Below, in pieces: positions 26,934 to 32,000 of a stretch of 32,000 nucleotides of DNA. The DNA is taken from the sequence record CP021234.1. One strand, 5' to 3'. The position numbers and the translations under genes were made by a program. Under the pieces are notes generated by a model. It did no database searches and was not told the DNA's origin. It was given only the letters and a program-made list of their open reading frames with translations. The first letter of the stretch is position 1, and each line of letters starts with the position of its first letter.

Positions 26934-27000
26934 ACCCCCCAGGCTCACGGGCACGGACTCACGAACGTGGTCCACGTTTGGAAACGTGGGGGGGGGGTTG
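26934..27000. repeat. GC-rich modular cluster about 30 nt downstream of the ORF 27030-27248 stop
   Basis: CCCCCCAGGCTCACGGGCACGGACTCACGAACGTGGTCCACGTTTGGAAACGTGGGGGGGGGGTTG. It shares the CACG(A/G)GCACGGAC and CCAYGTTTGGARACGTG modules and ends in a G10 run. Confidence 0.8.
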
Positions 27001-27029
27001 TAAAAAATAAAATTTAATTAAATTAAGAC

Positions 27030-27248
27030 TTAAATACACATTAATAAACCAATAAAAAAATTAATTATAAAAACCAATATTAATACCAAAGTAAAATACA
27101 ACCAAATAATCAATAAATCTCTCGCGGGTCTAGTAAATATTGCTTTGTTTAAAAAAATTTTAAGTATAAAACCTAAAGGCATTTTATCTAAAAATTTTAA
27201 TAAATTTTCAGCTTTTTCTGCATAATAAATACTAAATATATAATACAT
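27030..27248 (-). CDS. Hypothetical 72-aa membrane protein, possibly a third divergent copy of the family C-terminal module
   Basis: IFSIYYAEKAENLLKFLDKMPLGF..LIIWLYFTLVLILVFIINFFIGLL loosely parallels IIGIFYSDYFIKKFNLETKYPKF..IIFLVIISMISIDIFFY. It contains the small GC island CTCGCGGGTCTAG (27121-27133), which encodes RPARD. Confidence 0.35.
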   Translation of the reverse strand: MYYIFSIYYAEKAENLLKFLDKMPLGFILKIFLNKAIFTRPARDLLIIWLYFTLVLILVFIINFFIGLLMCI

Positions 27249-27538
27249 TTACATAATATTAATTCACTATTCAATAATTCACTTAAGAACAATAATTTGA
27301 CATCATCTTCTAGTGGACTATTTATCGAGGACCTAAAGTTGGTAAATTGACATCTGGATTTTTTACACTTTAGTTAATATAGGACTATTTGTAATTTGAG
27401 TTGCTAAATTAAAAATGAATCCATCAAAACCATCTAAATGAACGATATTTTGTATTAAATATGTTTTGAAAGATAGAATAAATATTAATATATAAAATTT
27501 TTTATATATTAATTTAAATATTTTTGAATTAAATATAT

Positions 27539-27823
27539 TTAAGATTGAACTGGTAACATTTCAAAAGCATGGAATGGAATAGGACTAGCTAAAGCCCATT
27601 CTAGAGTATTAGCTGTTTCAGTTTCACTGTTAAATAGTACAGTAGAAGTATAATATGATGGTACAGCCCAAGGATTATTACTTACAGCTTTTCCATTAGC
27701 AAATATATCATATATTATATAACCAAATAAAACTGTGGCTATCACAGAGATTAAAGATCCAAAACTAGATACAGCATTCCATCCTGCAAAAGCATCGGGA
27801 TAATCTGGTATTCTTCTTGGCAT
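27539..27823 (-). CDS. cox1: Cytochrome c oxidase subunit 1, terminal exon
   Basis: MPRRIPDYPDAFAGWNAVSSFGSLISVIATVLFGYIIY.. follows on from ..FFPQHFLGLAG of the preceding exon. The stop is at 27539. Confidence 0.9.
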   Translation of the reverse strand: MPRRIPDYPDAFAGWNAVSSFGSLISVIATVLFGYIIYDIFANGKAVSNNPWAVPSYYTSTVLFNSETETANTLEWALASPIPFHAFEMLPVQS

Positions 27824-29202
27824 CAATTTTGTTAACATAGGGTAATTTAAACCCTATTTCCCAATATTACTATAGGGTTCAGATTATGTCATCAATTATA
27901 TAAAATAATTGTTGGGCGCTTGTATCAGGGTTATTGTTGATGTGACTCACCTGTTAATCGTTGAACTCGCTTATTACCTATTATGATTCTACATAATATT
28001 ACATCGTAATAAGATAAGCTGCAAGTTAACTGTAAACAGTCTTTCTTGCAATTCACCCAATTTTTCTAATAATATATAACTAACAGTCAAAGTGGAAGGC
28101 TGTTAACCTACCTTTGATCGGGCCCCACAGTCCCTTTACAAACTAAATAAAACAAAGTGGAGTAGACAGAGATATGAAGAAATATATTACTGGGGCAAAT
28201 GTAATATTTTAATAAAGTTTAGTACGGCTAAAAATTTTACCGGCTCCCTTTGAAAGGAAGACCGTTTTTAATATATTTAGTTAATGTATCTTTTACCGGG
28301 CCCCATATTATATTGTTTAGAACAATTTACTGTAGAAAACTCTCCAAAGAAAGACATATCTGAACTATTATAAACATACATTAGTTTAGTTATTTTATCT
28401 ATCGTCCGCCGACGCGAGAAGAAGTTTTTAGTTTTCCATATAATGGATTATTACTTCCGCTTCTATATCGATTTTGCATTTCTAAGAACTCTTTTGATTT
28501 CACACGTCCAAAAATTGGATTAAAAGTACCAGATCGGTTTAATACAAAGTTAGGTTGATGTTTATAACCTATTGTAGAACCAGGTATTTGATTCAAATTA
28601 ATAACAAGGTGGGGATAACTTATAAATAAAATATCTAAATAGTGTTGTTCTCTAGAGAGTATAAATTCTTTTTTTACAGAACCAGAATTACCTAGATCTT
28701 CTAAGATAGCTAAAGCAAAATTATGTATACCATAATAGTTAATATTATGATAAATAGGATATTTTCTACGTAAAGTACTAGGAGTCCAATAGCTTAATAA
28801 TCTTGTGGAACCATTCCAAGCACTACCTACGTATATTTTTCCTGTAATAAGATTTACCCATTGATATATAACAGATCGTTTTTTATTATCAGAACCTATT
28901 AAGTTTCTATGATAATTAGGATTGTCATAAAGTCTTATTGGAGAATTTAACCATTTTGGTTTAATATGTGGTCCAATTGGAAAGTTAATAATGTTATTTT
29001 TTCTATATTTTAGAGAAATAGATACAGGCACAACATTTAAAATAAAAATAATAGAATCTGTTAATATTTCTCCCCCAGAGGGGTGGGCGGGACCCGTTAT
29101 GTCTTCATTTAGGTAAAAATAAAATAACATAATTATAATAAGAACTAAATGTTGTGTACTAATATTAAGATTTGCTTTATTAAAATATTGAAAATAAATT
29201 TT
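27824..29202 (-). mobile_element. Group I intron in cox1 with a GIY-YIG ORF fused to the upstream exon
   Basis: The exon ends ..GCG GGT (T) and the intron ends ..AAATTG (G). Removal restores FLGLAG-MPRRIPDYPD. Confidence 0.75.
28399..29202 (-). CDS. GIY-YIG homing endonuclease, in frame with the upstream cox1 exon
   Basis: ..SVIYQWVNLITGKIYVGSAWNGSTRLLSYW..YPIYHNINYYGIHNFALAILE..SREQHYLDILF.. There is no stop between the exon end (29203) and the ORF. GC islands at 29071-29096 (GPAHPSGGE) and 28403-28418 (the last codons, SRVGGR, before the TAG). Confidence 0.85.
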   Translation of the reverse strand, partial: KIYFQYFNKANLNISTQHLVLIIIMLFYFYLNEDITGPAHPSGGEILTDSIIFILNVVPVSISLKYRKNNIINFPIGPHIKPKWLNSPIRLYDNPNYHRNLIGSDNKKRSVIYQWVNLITGKIYVGSAWNGSTRLLSYWTPSTLRRKYPIYHNINYYGIHNFALAILEDLGNSGSVKKEFILSREQHYLDILFISYPHLVINLNQIPGSTIGYKHQPNFVLNRSGTFNPIFGRVKSKEFLEMQNRYRSGSNNPLYGKLKTSSRVGGR

Positions 29203-29245
29203 ACCCGCTAAACCTAAGAAGTGTTGAGGGAAAAAAGTTAAATTA
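29203..29245 (-). CDS. cox1: cox1 micro-exon (43 nt)
   Basis: T AAT TTA ACT TTT TTC CCT CAA CAC TTC TTA GGT TTA GCG GGT gives (V)NLTFFPQHFLGLAG. It completes the Val codon begun by GT at the end of exon 30636-30790. Confidence 0.8.
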
Positions 29246-31831
<2,586 letters not shown>

Positions 31832-31881
31832 ATCATGTAAAGCTATATCTAAAGAAGCATTTGCTAAAACTACTCCAGTTA
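31832..31881 (-). CDS. cox1: cox1 micro-exon (50 nt)
   Basis: TA ACT GGA GTA GTT TTA GCA AAT GCT TCT TTA GAT ATA GCT TTA CAT GAT gives (L)TGVVLANASLDIALHD. It is preceded by ..TTTTTTG, an intron 3' end. Confidence 0.75.
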
Positions 31882-32000
31882 CAAAAAATAGAAATTATAT
31901 TAATCAAATTTTAATTCGCTTATAAATTTCTCTGCCGCCCTAGAAATTTATTACAGTTGAATAAGGGAGATCTATCAATCTCTCGTAACTAAAGATATAA
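31882..32000 (-). other. 3' end of a further cox1 intron (partial)
   Basis: Non-coding sequence upstream of the micro-exon. It contains the small GC island CTGCCGCCCTAG. The rest lies outside the window. Confidence 0.5.

Noticed and set aside
5917-27000. GC islands alternating with AT spacers could superficially resemble a CRISPR-like repeat-spacer array.
   Set aside because: There is no constant repeat unit, spacing is irregular (tens to thousands of bp), and the modules are shuffled and occur in both orientations. The context is organellar, with no cas genes.

Overview
This window is AT-rich fungal mitochondrial DNA. It is most consistent with a basidiomycete: rps3 is free-standing, nad4L and nad5 overlap by 1 nt (TAATG), and there are relics of linear-plasmid-type dpo and rpo genes. 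That taxonomic assignment is an inference. Every recognisable gene is on the minus strand. Reading from 32000 down to 1, the order is as follows. (1) The last four cox1 exons, two of them micro-exons, separated by three group I introns whose endonuclease ORFs (LAGLIDADG, GIY-YIG, GIY-YIG) are fused in frame to the upstream exon. (2) A 72-codon ORF. (3) Two unknown ORFs plus a frameshifted, truncated phage-type RNA polymerase relic. (4) rps3, nad6 and cox3. (5) A degenerate copy of a TM/coiled-coil/TM ORF family, then two unknown ORFs. (6) nad4L-nad5, where nad5 has one intron holding a decayed LAGLIDADG gene. (7) A 389-codon ORF on the plus strand, with an antisense frame that is also open. 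(8) A second copy of the ORF family. (9) A DNA polymerase B (FDIET) relic. (10) The 5' two-thirds of rnl, with three LAGLIDADG-bearing group I introns. I found no convincing canonical tRNA, no CRISPR array and no bacterial-type defence system. The features not explained by standard annotation are listed here. (a) A dispersed family of GC-rich elements built from a small shared vocabulary of exact motifs; they sit next to gene 3' ends, inside introns, inside an rRNA variable region and in frame inside ORFs. (b) A G-run+TTAA motif just downstream of several stop codons. (c) A roughly 185-nt leader shared by rps3 and an unknown ORF. (d) A paralogous membrane/coiled-coil ORF family present as broken copies. 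(e) Three reading-frame breaks that each lie in a poly-A run. (f) Two rnl introns at different sites that share a near-identical 5' segment. All coordinates and boundaries were derived by eye from the sequence. Intron boundaries are best guesses from restoring conserved rRNA or protein sequence.
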